Source: the human T2T-CHM13v2.0 reference genome, Homo sapiens
Length of the DNA stretch: 64,000 nucleotides
Assembly (NCBI RefSeq): GCF_009914755.1
Contig: NC_060929.1
Strand: one strand, 5' to 3'
Shown: piece after piece, positions 1-57,258 of the stretch
Layout of the letters: each line of letters starts with the position of its first letter
Numbering within the stretch: the stretch's first letter is position 1
Made by a program: the position numbers and the translations under genes
Notes under the pieces: model-generated
The model's database searches: none
The model's input: the letters and a program-made list of their open reading frames with translations, nothing else
What the model was told of the DNA's origin: nothing

Positions 1-282
1 CTTCTTGAATACAAACATTTTAGAAAATTCCAACTTCTTTTGTAGTCACTGCTAAATTTTGTATGCTGAGATTGAGACACTTACTAGTTATCAGGTACTG
101 ACCCTGGCCACCTCCCAGAATTGTCCATATGCCTGGGAAGCAGTGCCTGCCATTGTGCTGGAGTAGCCTCCTTGCAGCACACTTTGCTGTAATACTCTCC
201 AAACCAATTTTCTCTAATGCTATGTGACCTATATTAAGGTAGGGCATTCCAATATATCCTCCAATTTTGGTGAATACAATTG

Positions 283-450
283 AATGGTTCTCAACAATGA
301 ATAGTTTGGCACACTTTTATTTGGGGGAGGTGGGGTGGTCACAATGACTAGCATCAGTGGGTAAGGGCCAGAAAGGCTAAATGAATCCTGCAATGGGATG
401 ACAGGTTTTTATCCTAAAGAACTGTCTCACTCAAAAGGCCAATAGTGACT
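283..450. mobile_element. MER20-like hAT-Charlie fragment
   Basis: atggttctcaac terminus; actagcatcagtgggtaagggccag...aaagaactgtctcactcaaaaggccaatagtg resembles the MER20 consensus. Confidence 0.55.
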
Positions 451-937
451 GTCCATGGAGGGACACTCAGCTGTTGTCACCTGGTACAGTAACAAAGACA
501 GAAGCTTCACTTTACTCATGTAATTTTTTCTACTAGACAGGAAGATAATTTTTGCATTTTATTAAATATATTTATATGCCACAAAAATTATTTTAGTGAC
601 AACTACCAGGAAAGTACAAAATCACTTAATAACTGGTTTTCTACACCTTGATTTGTCAAGAAACTCATAAGCAAATGGAAAGTAGTAAGTACTGATTGCA
701 GTTACTTACAGCAAACAGTTTTGAGAAGAAGAAGAAAACCTGTAACACTGAAAATTGCTTTATATCCCATTCATAGATCTCTTCAAAAGGTCTACTTTAA
801 AAATAAATCACATAAAGAATTGTTCAGACTTGTTTGGTGATGCCTCAACTTCAGAACATTTGCAAGGAAATCACATGTAAAAGCAATCATCTCATACAAT
901 TAAATGCTATTAAAGAAAAAAAAAGTTTCCTTTAAAA

Positions 938-1082
938 CAGTGGTTCCCAAAATTTAGCAGGCATCAGAATCTCCTGAGGGAAGCTTGTTAAAATACAGAA
1001 TGCTGGCCTCCTCCCCAGAGTTTGCTACAAGTTTGCAGGCCATTCTGATGTTGGTGCGGGCACAACACTTTGAGAACCACTA
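938..1082. mobile_element. MER5A (hAT-Charlie MITE)
   Basis: TIRs cagtggttc / gaaccacta; near-perfect 8-bp TSD ctttaaaa / ctttaaga. Confidence 0.85.
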
Positions 1083-1194
1083 CTTTAAGATCTAGTCTCT
1101 AGAATTCAAACTAATAAGCAATGCCCATATGCCTTTGCTTTTTCTAATAATAAATAAATAAAAGATCATTTCAGGTAGCTGCATCAAACTTTAA

Positions 1195-1501
<307 letters not shown>

Positions 1502-1605
1502 ACCTTTAGACTCTTGAAATGTTACGCTGACTCACAATTATTCCCATGAGTTCAAAAGACAGAACTAAAGGACAGTCCTGAATAATCTATGACTACAGGA
1601 AAACA

Positions 1606-1611
1606 TTTATT
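1606..1611 (-). terminator. Candidate proximal RAD1 polyadenylation signal AATAAA
   Basis: tttatt on + strand, about 190 nt past the RAD1 stop; further copies near 558 and 316 suggest longer 3'UTRs. Confidence 0.55.
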
Positions 1612-1798
1612 TACATGCCCTCTACAAAATGGATTTACAAAACATAGTAACTATTAGGGTACATGACCTTGCTCCTATCTTCCCCATTGTGCTTCTTCTC
1701 TATAGAAAATCCAATATGAAATGACAAAGAGTACTGTACTCAGAATAAGAACTTCATCTATCATAAATGTACACATAAATATCAGTGAATTGTCATAC

Positions 1799-7926
<6,128 letters not shown>

Positions 7927-8449
7927 CGTCCACTGCGCATTCGGCCCCGAGGGATGCTCCTGGGGCCAACAACTTCTCGGCGGATCGCCAAACACCTGAA
8001 GGGATTAGACAGTAAAACTCCCATCAGTGCTGGCGAGGTCCGGCGAGCTCCACCTGCGCTGAGAGGTGGAAAGGGGCTGGGAGGCTGAACACGGCTGACC
8101 AGGCCGAACCCCACCTATGTCACTTAACTATCTTTGTAATTCTGGAGGAAAATTATCTAAGCTACGGTTTCCTCGTCTCCGTAAGAGGACAATAACGTGA
8201 AAAGTTGTGAAGAATGAAGACACGCAACTGACACGGTATCTCCCGGCCAAACAGGAGCTACAAATCCGCGGGGAGTCGGTTTTGTGCAGCCCGCGCCACC
8301 AGCCCCGCCTCCAACAAAACAGGCGATGGCGGGGCGGGCCCGGAGTGTCCAGATAATCCTCCAAGAGTCCCAGACAACCCCATTCACCAGCCCGCCCGCG
8401 GGACAGCATCGCTTACTAGTCTCGGGGTCCCCGAGTGCGGAAACCCTAC

Positions 8450-8540
8450 CTTTGCGGTGGGGTCTGGACGCCCGAGAGCCCTTCTCAGCAAAGTCCCTGA
8501 AGAGGAGCGAGGCGGCTCCGAGGAACCGCGGAGGAAGTGA
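8450..8540 (-). other. RAD1: RAD1 non-coding first exon (5' end approximate)
   Basis: Donor CAAAG|gtaggg at 8450 inside the CpG island; the TSS cannot be fixed from sequence. Confidence 0.65.
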
Positions 8541-8772
8541 AGCCAGTCCCGCCACTCTTCAGACCGGCCCTCCACCTCGGCCACCGTCACCACAGAGCTG
8601 AAGGAGGCCTAGAGAGCCGCGCGTGCCGCGCCACCGAGACCGGAAGGAGGCGGCACAGACCTGGAGGACGACCGCGGAGCTGAGCGCTTAGAGCCGCCGA
8701 ACCATAGAGATCGGAAATAGGAGCGAGCGGCAGCGCCGGAAAGGAGGCCAAGAGCGCGGGCGGCGAGGCAAG

Positions 8773-18527
<9,755 letters not shown>

Positions 18528-18684
18528 GTCAATGGAAACCTGATTTGTTTTTCAGTTACTTTATATTTATTTTGTATTCAATGTGTAAATACTTTTATTA
18601 TCTAATACTATCTTACGTCTAATTAGTGTAGCATTTACAAGAAAGAAAAATTAAGATCTTAAAATCAGTGATTATCTTTTTCTA

Positions 18685-19001
18685 AATAAAATATCACCAG
18701 AATTCATCAGTTAATTTCTGATTTCTTTTTGAAGTTTGTGTTGCTAAAAATGTAGCACACTTAATGTAGCCTGTTCTCTTGGGTTGGAATTTTTGGTTTA
18801 GCAAAGCTGAAATTCAGACATTTATTAGGTCATATTATTTGTAAAAGCATTCAACACTTCAAGAGCATCGGTTGTGGATGGTAAAGTAGGAGTAGACTGG
18901 TAGAAAGGAAGGCATCTCACTGAAGTTTACTCAGTCATCAGTTAATGAAGCCATGGAAGAACCAACCCCTGATCTGTCACTTCAAAAAAGAGTATATTAA
19001 A
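18685..19001 (+). terminator. BRIX1 candidate polyA signals (AATAAA 18685-18690; ATTAAA 18996-19001)
   Basis: Hexamers downstream of the stop, each followed by T/GT-rich sequence. Confidence 0.6.
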
Positions 19002-19016
19002 ATGTTGAGGTTTTGA

Positions 19017-19379
<363 letters not shown>

Positions 19380-20790
19380 TAGAAGCAGTGTGTATAGATT
19401 ACTTATTTAGAAAACTAATAGTAAAAGGAGAGAAAAATAGGACAGTTGTTAAAGGGGATACCAGAACATTTGAATTTTTCCCCACATGAAAGAGAAACTG
19501 CCTATTGTGTAAGGGGGCACTAGGCTTAAGATCTTATGGGTAAATTAGTAACGGAAAGAAAAGATTCTGAGTACCAGTGACCATGGAGGTAGGTGGCTGC
19601 TGACATGGACAGATAGAAATACAATAAAATATATATCTAATGAAATGACACATGCTGTTTCATCACCTGCTTTTTTGACTTCACACTGATTGTTTTTCTA
19701 TGTGTTTGTTCCACATGTTTACTTGCTAACTGCTAACTGTAGTATTCTGTGTACCATAGCTATGTAATCAGTATTTTCAGTTTTTCCTCTTTTTTTTGCT
19801 GGTATCGATGCTTGTAGTGAATACTTATATAGATGTGTTACATGTCTTTTTACACAACACTTGGTTTCCTAGAAGTGCAACTTAGGTTAAAGATTATGAA
19901 CTCTAGGCTTTTTGCTTGTTCCCTCCACCACCATAACCTCACTAGAGGCTATTAGAGGGTTCATTTCCTTGTCCCCTTACCAGTTTCACTATGCATGAAA
20001 GAATCTGTCAATTTAATAGGTTAAAAAAAAAAACCCACCTTTTTTTTTTTTTAGTTACTGGTTTATCCTTTTTGACTGGACTAATCATGTTTGTTTTTCT
20101 GTGGTAGGATTGTCTTTTACTGATTCTATAAGTGCTTTTATATAGTAAGTTTATTATAGAGATCTTTCCTAGTTCACTTACATTTTAATTTTATGTCTTT
20201 ATTATTTTAAGTATTTAGGCAGAATGATCAATATTGATGGTTTTTTTTTCCTTAAATTTTTTGCTAAGAACGGCCTTCCTGAGTGCTTAATTGGCCTTGA
20301 AATAGTCTAAATTAGGAAACTTGAAATCTTGAAGTCATCTAAATTATGCAGGTAATTCAGGTGAGAGGATCACTTGAAATACTTGTATGTGACTAGGGCC
20401 AAATCTAGTTAAATGGAAAAAAACCAAAGTGGCTGTTATTTTATTTAGGCAGTTGAATATAGTCTTGGATAAAAATAAGACAGCCGTATTCAGAATTTGT
20501 TTTTAAACACCCACATCTCAGGAACAAGTTAATTATAGGTTATAAACTAGATCAACAAATTGTAAGTTTTAGTAGAGATACAAACTTGTACTTTTGATGT
20601 GTGCATTGTGGAGTTTTGGTGTAATTTCCAATTTCACAATTTTCAATTAACAGTTTCCATAATAGAGATATCCTTATATCTCAAATTCCCTTTCACAATT
20701 ATATGGATATCTTATTTGAGAATTCTTCTGGAATGGATCATCTCTAAAGTCTGGTCATTTAAAGGGCACCAGTTTAATAAAAGATGTTCC

Positions 20791-21078
20791 TTTATTTATT
20801 AGCGGCAGGGTCTTGCTCTGTCACCCAGGGCTGTAGTGTGGTGGTGTGGTCATAGCTCACTGCAGGCTCTAACTCCTGGGCTCAAGTATTCCTGCCTCAG
20901 CCTCCTGAGTAACTAGGACTACAGGCCCACGCCACCATGCCTGGCTTTTTTTTTTTTTTGTAGAGACAAGTTCTCGCTATGTTGCCCAGGCTCGTCTTGA
21001 ACTCTTGGGCTGAAGGGATCCTCCTGCCTCGGCTTCCCAAAGTGCTGGGATTACAGGCATGAGCCACCACGCCTGGTC
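20791..21078 (-). mobile_element. Alu (J-like)
   Basis: Reverse dimer; TSD aagatgttccttta. Confidence 0.93.
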
Positions 21079-22584
21079 AAGATGTTCCTTTAGACTGAAA
21101 TTTATATCCAGCATAGTTACCTTTAATTATACAATGTTACAGGCAAAAATCCTTCTTACTTCAGAAGGTAAAAGAAGTAAGTGATTCCTACAGGCTGTAT
21201 CCAAAACCAAATCAAGTTGGAGGGAGAAAATACTCCAAATTAAGTTGGAGGGAAAAAAATACTTTCCCTGTCCGTTTTTTTTTTTTTTTTTTGTCCCTCC
21301 CTTCCCCCCGCCCACCATCCCAATTCTGTTCTCAGGAGGGGAAAGGTTTCATTCTCCCCCAAACTCAGACTTCTCAATCCTTATCCATTACCAATTTACC
21401 AACTAACTGAGACTGTGTAGAATCTTCCTCTGGAAAACAGGGAAGTGTATGAATTCTGAGTAGTGAGTTGGTTGGTCAGTGGCGTGTGAAGTAACCTGAT
21501 GAAGCTTAGCGTGGGTTTTTTATTTTACTGGGGGCAGCATATTGGGGAAGAGAAGGATAACCTTACTAAACCGCTTGGGTACGCCAACCCTGTGCAATAG
21601 ATATTAGCAACATAGCTAACCATACATGGTTAGTAAATAAAACCCACACCTAACTGATGCATGTAAACATTCCACATTACAGTGAAATATATTGGTGTAT
21701 TAATGCATTTTAATAATTATGGTATTATTTTGATACCTTTCAAAGTGTTTGGAATAATTGTGCAGATAGTCAGATCAACCAAAACCTACCAGTTAAATAC
21801 TATCCTTTAACTGCTTTCTTAACCTAAACCAATCTTGGAAAGGTAGGATTAGAGGCCAGAAAGTTAGGATTAAAGTGTGTTGGATGGATAGATCAGCACA
21901 ATTTCATCCATGTTGGTGGTAAGGCTTTTCATTAAGTGTGTTGATGCTTCCCTTTTAAATTGTTTCCGCTTAAATAATCTAACTGTCCTTTCTCAAGCAT
22001 ATTGGTCAAGATGATCAATACCAGATATCTTAAGTGGCAGCTGAAGAGAATTAAAGAGATTAAAAAAAAAACCTGATATTCAGTCCAACCGAATTCTGCT
22101 ACTGTATTAGCTGAGGAGGCTTGAGCCAACCACTTGACCACTTGGAGTCTGAATCGCCTTATCTATAAAAACGGGGATCCATTGAGAAATTATAATCAGA
22201 TATTTTCCAGAATCCTCTCCCATCCCAGCTCCTATCTCCCCCTTCAGCCCTCAGGTCGGCTGCCACTCACACTGACCGCCATCTGTGCCCCGCACAATGA
22301 CACCAGCGTGGCCCTGCCTCCCTTCCGCGCGGCCCCGCCTCTCGCCCCGCCGAGGCCCCGCCTCTCACACCAAGGTCCCGCCTTCCTCCTGTTCTTCCCG
22401 GCCAAGGCCTACCTTCCTCCCACGCGGCCCGCCTCTTTCCCCGCCAAGCTCCCGCCTTTCTCCTGCGCGGCCCGCCTCTCTCCTCGCCAAGGCCCCGCCT
22501 TCCTTCCTCGGGGCCTCGCCTCTCACCCCGCCGAGGCCCCACCCCCTCCCGCGCGGCCCTTTCCGGCACAGAGCCCACCCCTAG

Positions 22585-47747
<25,163 letters not shown>

Positions 47748-48803
47748 AGATTCTGCCTGTGCTTTTGTTTGACTGTCTCTAGATTTTGAAACCAAAAAAC
47801 TGAACTGAAATCATCTAAAGAGTTAAAATTTCAGTGATCTGCAATTAATTACATTGTGGAAGATTATTTTTTATCTTGTAAAAACACTTTTTTGGTTTAA
47901 TATATATTTTTAAAACATTTCACTAGTGATTGAATTCTACTTTTGCCATCTGAATTGACTTGAATGTCTTAAAACAGGTAAATACTGTAAAGTGTGTATT
48001 CTTGATGTTTATTGGCTCATGTGGACAGAAATGTACAGGGAGAATTACATTATTTTAACACACAGAAGTGCAACTTTCTGCTTTATTTTCTGAATTTCAC
48101 ATTACTTTTACTTAATGCTTTTGTGTTTTGTTAATACTTCATAATATGTGAAAAACTCGGATCTTTTAAAAAGCATCATAGATCATTTTTCCATATGACA
48201 CTGGTTCCGATTTTAAAAATTATTTTTAAATAACCGATTATTGATTACTGTATTTTTTTTCTCAAGAACAGTGATAGGTAGAAACTAATTGAACATTTGG
48301 TAGTCTTTCAAGAATAGTGTCTCTTCAAGGTTTTACTTGATTTAATTTGATATTTTACTGGTTTACCAGTAAGGTGTATTGTTCAGTTTTTTGCTCCGAT
48401 TTGAATTGTGGAGGTGGAAGCAAATTAGTTTACATGGCATGTCCTCCCTAGGCACAGTGACAGCTGTAAAGTATGACGGAACAAGGTAGCAGATGGTACA
48501 GAATTTATACTATTTAAGAAGAGATGTGGTGTTCTTCATTGAGTTTTTTTCTTCACTATTTTCAGAAGTTTTTGTTCTTTTTTTTTTTCCATCACTCAGT
48601 GGAGAAAAGCTTTGTTAATGAAAGATTTTGTGATAGAGCTGATGCTTATACATCTATTCTATAACAGTGATGAATATTAACACAAAGGAAATATGGAGAA
48701 CTGTTATAACTGAGTGTTAGAACAGTCGTGTACATTGATCAGTATTGAGTCCATTTTTAGGATGGATTAGTCAGTTCTTTTCATTGGTCTTGAAAGTAAT
48801 TTT

Positions 48804-49188
<385 letters not shown>

Positions 49189-51754
49189 TCAGATTAACGA
49201 AATGAACAAATTTTCGGTTATAGATCAGCTCTCAAACACTAAAGTCCTTAATGGCAAGGTCTTTTCTGATAGCTTCATGGATAGTATTGATGATCAGATT
49301 TCTTCTGTGTTATTGTCTTAAAAATAAGCATTTGAACCTTAATTTAAATTCTTTTCTTTTCCATTTAGAGATATGTTTTTTTCTTTACCTTCATACCTTT
49401 CTATTTCTTGCTAATTTCTATCACTAATTCCTTATAATTGTCCCTGCTCCCCTTCTTGATCTCTTCAGGGGGAATACTAGGCAGTTTTGTATCTTCTGAT
49501 CTCGTACCCTGAGACTTCATCTGAATGTGCTCTGCCGCCTTCTTATCTGAACTAGATGAATTGGCCATAATTATGAATAGGAATATTAATGAACCAGAGG
49601 ACATACTAGTCACATGTTATTATACACTAAAAAATAGGAAGTCATCTTGAAAGGCAGTTAATGTACTGCAAATGTCCCTATGACTTCTTTGCTTTCTCTT
49701 ATACCAAACATGCAGGTATTTAATTTGTTTAATGAGGGTTGAGTGGAGTTATGTGTCGCTTTTATTCGGATTGACGAAAATCAACCATAATTTTCAAGGG
49801 ATCTTCATGGGTTGTGACTGGAAGCTGACCTTAGTCTTGCGTCTCATCCTTTATGATGTTGAGAAATCATCTAATTTCTCAGAACTTTTTCTTATCTCTA
49901 ACACAGTTATTACCATAATAATATTGTCTCCATTTATCATACAGGATCATTATGAAAGTAAAATGAAGTAGTATATATGAAAATGCTTTTTAAACACAAA
50001 AGCTTTATACAAAATATTGTTGAATTTAAATAAGGTAAATCTTTTTTAGTTTATATATTTGCAGACTATACATGTTGGATTAAATGGGCAATTAAGTTTT
50101 ATAGGAATTTGCTTCCTAAGTCTACTTTTGAAGAGGAAAACAGGAACGTACCATATATTTTGCTAAGGGTAAAATATTTTTGGTGAATTGCAGACATTTA
50201 ATTTCACTTGTCTGAGGTAAAACAATAAACTAAAATACATGGGCATGCATCTTACACTGATCTTATTAGAGGTCAGTGCTAAGTACCCATCTTGATTGAA
50301 GTTAGCTCAGATGTGGAGATTCATAGAATGAGGGTCCAGGAGAAGAAAGTTAGGGGAAATCTCATTTTCTCTCTGTAATTCATTCAGTGGTGCCAAAGCT
50401 GGGGGTTCCCTACAATGGCTATTTAGACTTTCCCTGCTTCAAAATAAGAGCAGTATCCTTAGCTCTAGCCAAGCATTTTTCTAATTCCTGCCTTTGGTCA
50501 CAAAGAAGGAAAAGCAGAGCTGTGAATGAGTTAGTGGAGGTCAGTCACATCAGAGTTCATGACCTAGTGATTGCTGGTGAAGTAATATTGGAATTTTGGT
50601 ACCATGAGAAGACTTATAAAGGATTTCATCAGAAGTTTTCATTTTTTCTAAATCCTCCCCTACAAAATTTTCAGATTGGAAATTACTCTTGTATTTGTAG
50701 AAGATTGTCTCTAAAATTGTGGTTTAACTCACGCAGGAAGTAAAATTCCTATAGCAAGACATAGTTTCATTTTAGAGGACCCCCAAAATCCCGTGAATTC
50801 TCTGGTGATGATTCTAGCCTAACCTTCAACATAAAATAATGAAGAGAACTTTTAAACTTTTTTATGAATTCCTAAACATTACCATTTATGTGGCAGAAGT
50901 TCTGTTCCCTATAATCTGCAATGCTGAAGTATCTCTATTCAATTCCCTTCCTTATCTGTTAAATTTAATGTCTTTATACTAAAAATATAGGCTCTTGGGA
51001 TTGGAGAGGAAAAATTAGAGGTGATTTTCAGATTTCTTGTTCTATGGAAGAGGAAGCTGAGCTCAGGGAGATATGAGCTCCACAGCCACAGCTGGTTAGG
51101 GGCGGCTGCCAGTAGAACAGGGCAGATGCCTGGACTCCCAACTCAGTAGGCCTTCTGTTACACCTCAAAATGTGTTACATGGGAAGAAAAAGATTAAGAA
51201 AAAGCAAGATAATTTTGAAGAAGGACGAGAGGAAGAGGCATGAACTTGTCCTAACAATGTCAAAGAATATTTTAAAGGTATACCAGTTAAAGTAGTGTGT
51301 GGCTGGTGCCAGTAGAGGTCAGTCAAGGGATCCCTGACGAGAATAAAGAGCCCAGAAACAGGTCCATGTTTATATGGGAACTTGATTTTTGACAGATACG
51401 GCAAGCTCTATGGGGAAAACAATATGTACTACCTTATACCCTTCCCCAAAAACAAAGGGATTAAAGACCTAAATATGAAGACAAAACTTTTAAATGAGAA
51501 TCTATAAGGTTATTTTCATGATTTTGCAAATGGGAAGGATTTCTTTAAAGCAAGACACAAAAGCATACACAGGAAAAAATGATGCATAAAAACATGGCTT
51601 CTGTAGAACAATAGAGACTGTAAAAGAACAAGCTACAGACAAGGAAATGTTTGCAATGCATGGAACTGTCAAAGGATTCGTATCTGGAATACATTAAAGA
51701 AGCAAAAGAACCTCATACAAAAGTCATTGAGTAAATGACAGCCATGCATTAGAA

Positions 51755-52156
51755 CAGCAATTCTCAAAACTTTTGGTCTCAAGATCCCTTTACACTCTTC
51801 AAAAGTGAGAACCCCAAAGAGTTTTCATGTATGTGGGTTAAATCTATTGATATTTTCTGTTAGAATTTAAAAATTATGTTAAAAAAATAAGAAGAATGAC
51901 TATTTTTCAAAACAAAAAATGAGAAGAGTGGTATTGTTTTACATTTTTACAAATCTCTTTAACATTTAGCTTAATAAAAGATAGCTGGCCTCTCATACCT
52001 GCTTCTGCAGTCTATTGCTGTGTGTTTTGGATGAAGTATGTGAAGGAGAAAATCAGCCTCACATGGATAGGTAATCGTTAAAAAAAAGGGACCTTGCAGA
52101 CCCACTGAATGGGTCTCGGGACCGCTAGGGTCCTTGGACCACACTTAAAATTGCTG
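51755..52156. mobile_element. hAT-Charlie DNA transposon (non-autonomous)
   Basis: TIRs cagcaatt / aattgctg; perfect 8-bp TSD cattagaa at 51747-51754 and 52157-52164. Confidence 0.85.
51973..51978 (+). terminator. Candidate distal DNAJC21 polyA signal AATAAA
   Basis: AATAAA followed by GT-rich tgctgtgtgttttgg about 40 nt downstream; other hexamers at 50079, 50224 and 51342. Confidence 0.5.
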
Positions 52157-53202
52157 CATTAGAAAAATGGATGAATTATATGAACAGAAAAAGCCTGAAT
52201 AGTCAAAAAAAATGTGGAAAGATTATTACTGTCCTGATAATCAGTGAAATGTGACCTAGTTTTTTCATGCTTTCAGATTAGCAAAAGGTAAAAAGTCACA
52301 AGATCTAGTGTTGGTGAGAATGGAGCAATAGGAACACATTCACTACTTTTGGAGTAAAAACGGGTTCAATTTGATGATGTCTAAGAAAGTGAGGTTTGCA
52401 TACTCTGTGACCCAACAATTCTAGGTATACACTTAAGAGTCTCACTTCCCAAAGTGTGGGCCACAGAGCAGCAGCATGGGCTTCACCTGGGAAGCTTGCA
52501 ACTCTCAGGTCCTGACCTGGACTTGCTGCACCAGACTCTGTGGTTAAGATTTCTTAGGTGACTCATGCTCATGAAACCTTGAGAAGCAATCTTCTAGAGA
52601 AACCATGCACATGTGTACAAGGAGATGTACAAGAAGCCTCACAGCTGAACTGTTTGTTTCCAGGAAAAGTTACCTAAATGCTCATGAGCAAGAAAATAGA
52701 TAAGTAAATTGTGGCCTATTTATAGATGGTAAACAATTGAGCAATTAAAATGAATGAACTTGATCTGTAATGTGGATGGCCCTTGAAGAAATAGTGAATG
52801 AAAATAAGCTGTCGCAGAAGATGAAATGCATGCCATTTATACAGTTTTTTAAAAAAACTATGTTGATTGTTATTTATAGAGAGAAAGTATAGAAACATAA
52901 TGAGAAAGCAGTTGCCTTGAACTCAGAGGAGAGTAGAACTGCTTGTGGTTGCAAAAGGGGTCTCTTCTGTTTCAATTTTTTTTTTTTTTTTTTTAAAGAT
53001 CTGAAGGAAGATGTAAGCATTTGTTAAATTCTGGATGGTGGGTCCATGGGGATTTGTTACTCTGGTTCTAACAAAATACTTCAAGTATCAAGAAAAGTAC
53101 AGATGAATGTCTCACTTTGCTAGCAGAATATACACTTGAATGAAGGGGAAGATGAAGGGATTTAAGTTCTACTTTTTATTCTTGGCATACTCATTAAGCA
53201 CA

Positions 53203-53617
53203 CTGGCAGAGGCTATGGTCTCTCAATATTCATCCTCCCTTTTAGAACTCTGATTTTCAGATAAGTGCAAGGCCACCCAGAATATAAGGATTACTTTCCC
53301 AGCCTCACTTGGATTCAATCAGATCTGGCTAGTGATCTGAGCAACGTTTGGGACATGTCCTTAAAGATAGGAGCATGTCTTTATTCCTTCGCCAGCCAAA
53401 ATGCAGAGGTAATGTTTGGAGCTCTGGCCCCTATCTGGGATCATGAAACCACAGAGGGCACAGCAACAAAAAACATAGGAGCTTCTACTCTTGACACCTC
53501 AGAGGGACACTAGGAGCCCCAGATTGTCTACGTCTGCACTGGAGAGAAGAAAATTTCTACGTTTCTGAAGCCACTGCTGTTTTGACCTGTCACAGATAAC
53601 AAAATCCTGACTGATTC
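53203..53617 (+). mobile_element. MLT1-type MaLR LTR
   Basis: tggcagaggc start; aagccactgctgttttg...aatcctgactgattca end. Confidence 0.65.
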
Positions 53618-53994
53618 ATGTTTCCACATGTGTACAGTTAGCTAAGTGAGAGGTCTAGTTTAAACAGGGGCGAGGGCATGTGGGCATTTAACTCTCAGAT
53701 CTTGCATTGAATTCCAGTCTTGTGTTAGCATACGATTTTAAGCAAGTCATTTAAACACATTGAGCAATGTTTTTTTAAATCTGTAAAATAGAGGTGAGAC
53801 CAATCTGGCAGAATTGTGAAGATTAGAGTCTTAAATGTGTGCACAGTGCTTGGCACGTAGTAGGCATTCAATAACTTAGCTTTTGTTTACTTCAAAAGTT
53901 TCACAGTATTCTTGCTTCATTTAACTGTTCACTTTGTTTTCTGAAAGAATCCCAACAATGGAGTAATCTGGAGAGGTATCAGTGATTAAATTGA

Positions 53995-54322
<328 letters not shown>

Positions 54323-54724
54323 TGAAATTCTTCTGGCTCAAATGGAAGAAAATTTTTAAAGGCTAAAGCTAGAAGCTGTCTTGAAGATCAGTGATCCTTA
54401 ATTACCTTAGAAGGCTCAGTACATTTTTACTTTGCTGTTAAAACTAGTTAGAGGGCCCCACATCAGTGATGTCCTTTTAGATACCATGTGCCTTCTGAAA
54501 ATAGAAAAGGGTCAAATTAAATTATTCTTTGCACTGCAAATCATTTGAATGTTACTTAGGGAAAATTTCTTTTCTAACAATTTCTGAAAATGAAAAGGCC
54601 GTAGAAACTCGGCATTTAGAAAAAGTGGTATATAGTTTATAGCTCTCTTCAGATACTTATTTTCAAATTAAATAAGAACTCATACTTTTGTGAGTCCAAA
54701 GGTTACAGTTATCTCAGCATATTG

Positions 54725-54860
54725 TGAAGCAGAATTCCCAACCGTTCCATCCAACAATGGAATCGGTATCAGGATGTGGTTAGCTCCCTGTACCAGCGAG
54801 TGTACAGTCAGAGACTGGCCAGTCCCCTTGTTACAAACACTGTAGAAGAATGTGACAGCA
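54725..54860 (+). mobile_element. Ancient CR1/L3 LINE 3' fragment
   Basis: tccaacaatggaat...gtggttagctccctgtacc...cagagactgg resembles the L3 3' end; translates ..QQWNRYQDVV.., like the CR1 WNxLPxxVV motif. Confidence 0.55.
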
Positions 54861-54936
54861 GCTGCTGTGGCCAGTAGATTGTCTACCTGTAGTTGCAGAG
54901 AAGCCCAAGAGTTTGATGATGAGGCAGCAGATTTGA

Positions 54937-55269
<333 letters not shown>

Positions 55270-55544
55270 TAGGCTTTTACTGCTATAAAACCTCTCTCTT
55301 AGCACTGCTTTTGATGTATCCTATAGGTTTTGGTATTTTGCATTTCCATTTTCATTTGTTTCAGTTTTTTAAAAGTTTATTTAAGAGCATGTTGCTTAAT
55401 TTCCATGTGTTTGTATAGTTTCCCAAGTTACTCTTGTTACTAATTTCTAGTTTTATTCTGTTGTGGTCTGAGAAGACATTTGATATTATTTCAATTTTTA
55501 AATTTTTTTTTTTTTTTTTTTTACTTTTTTTGTGGCCTAACATA

Positions 55545-57122
<1,578 letters not shown>

Positions 57123-57258
57123 TGTGGTCTCTTCTGGAAAATGTTCTATTTGTTGATGAGAAAAATGTATATTCTGCAGTTGTTGGGTGAAATGTTCTGT
57201 AAATGTTTGTTAGGTTGTTAGATTCATTTGGTCTATAGTAAAGGTTTGTGTGTGTGCT

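Larger units (their letters stand above)
51160..53050 (+). mobile_element. Ancient L1 (L1ME-like) ORF2 3' remnants, interrupted by hAT elements
   Basis: gagcccagaaacaggtccatgtttatatgggaacttgatttttgacaga; gattaaagacctaaatatgaa; ctagtgttggtgagaatggagcaataggaac. Confidence 0.7.
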
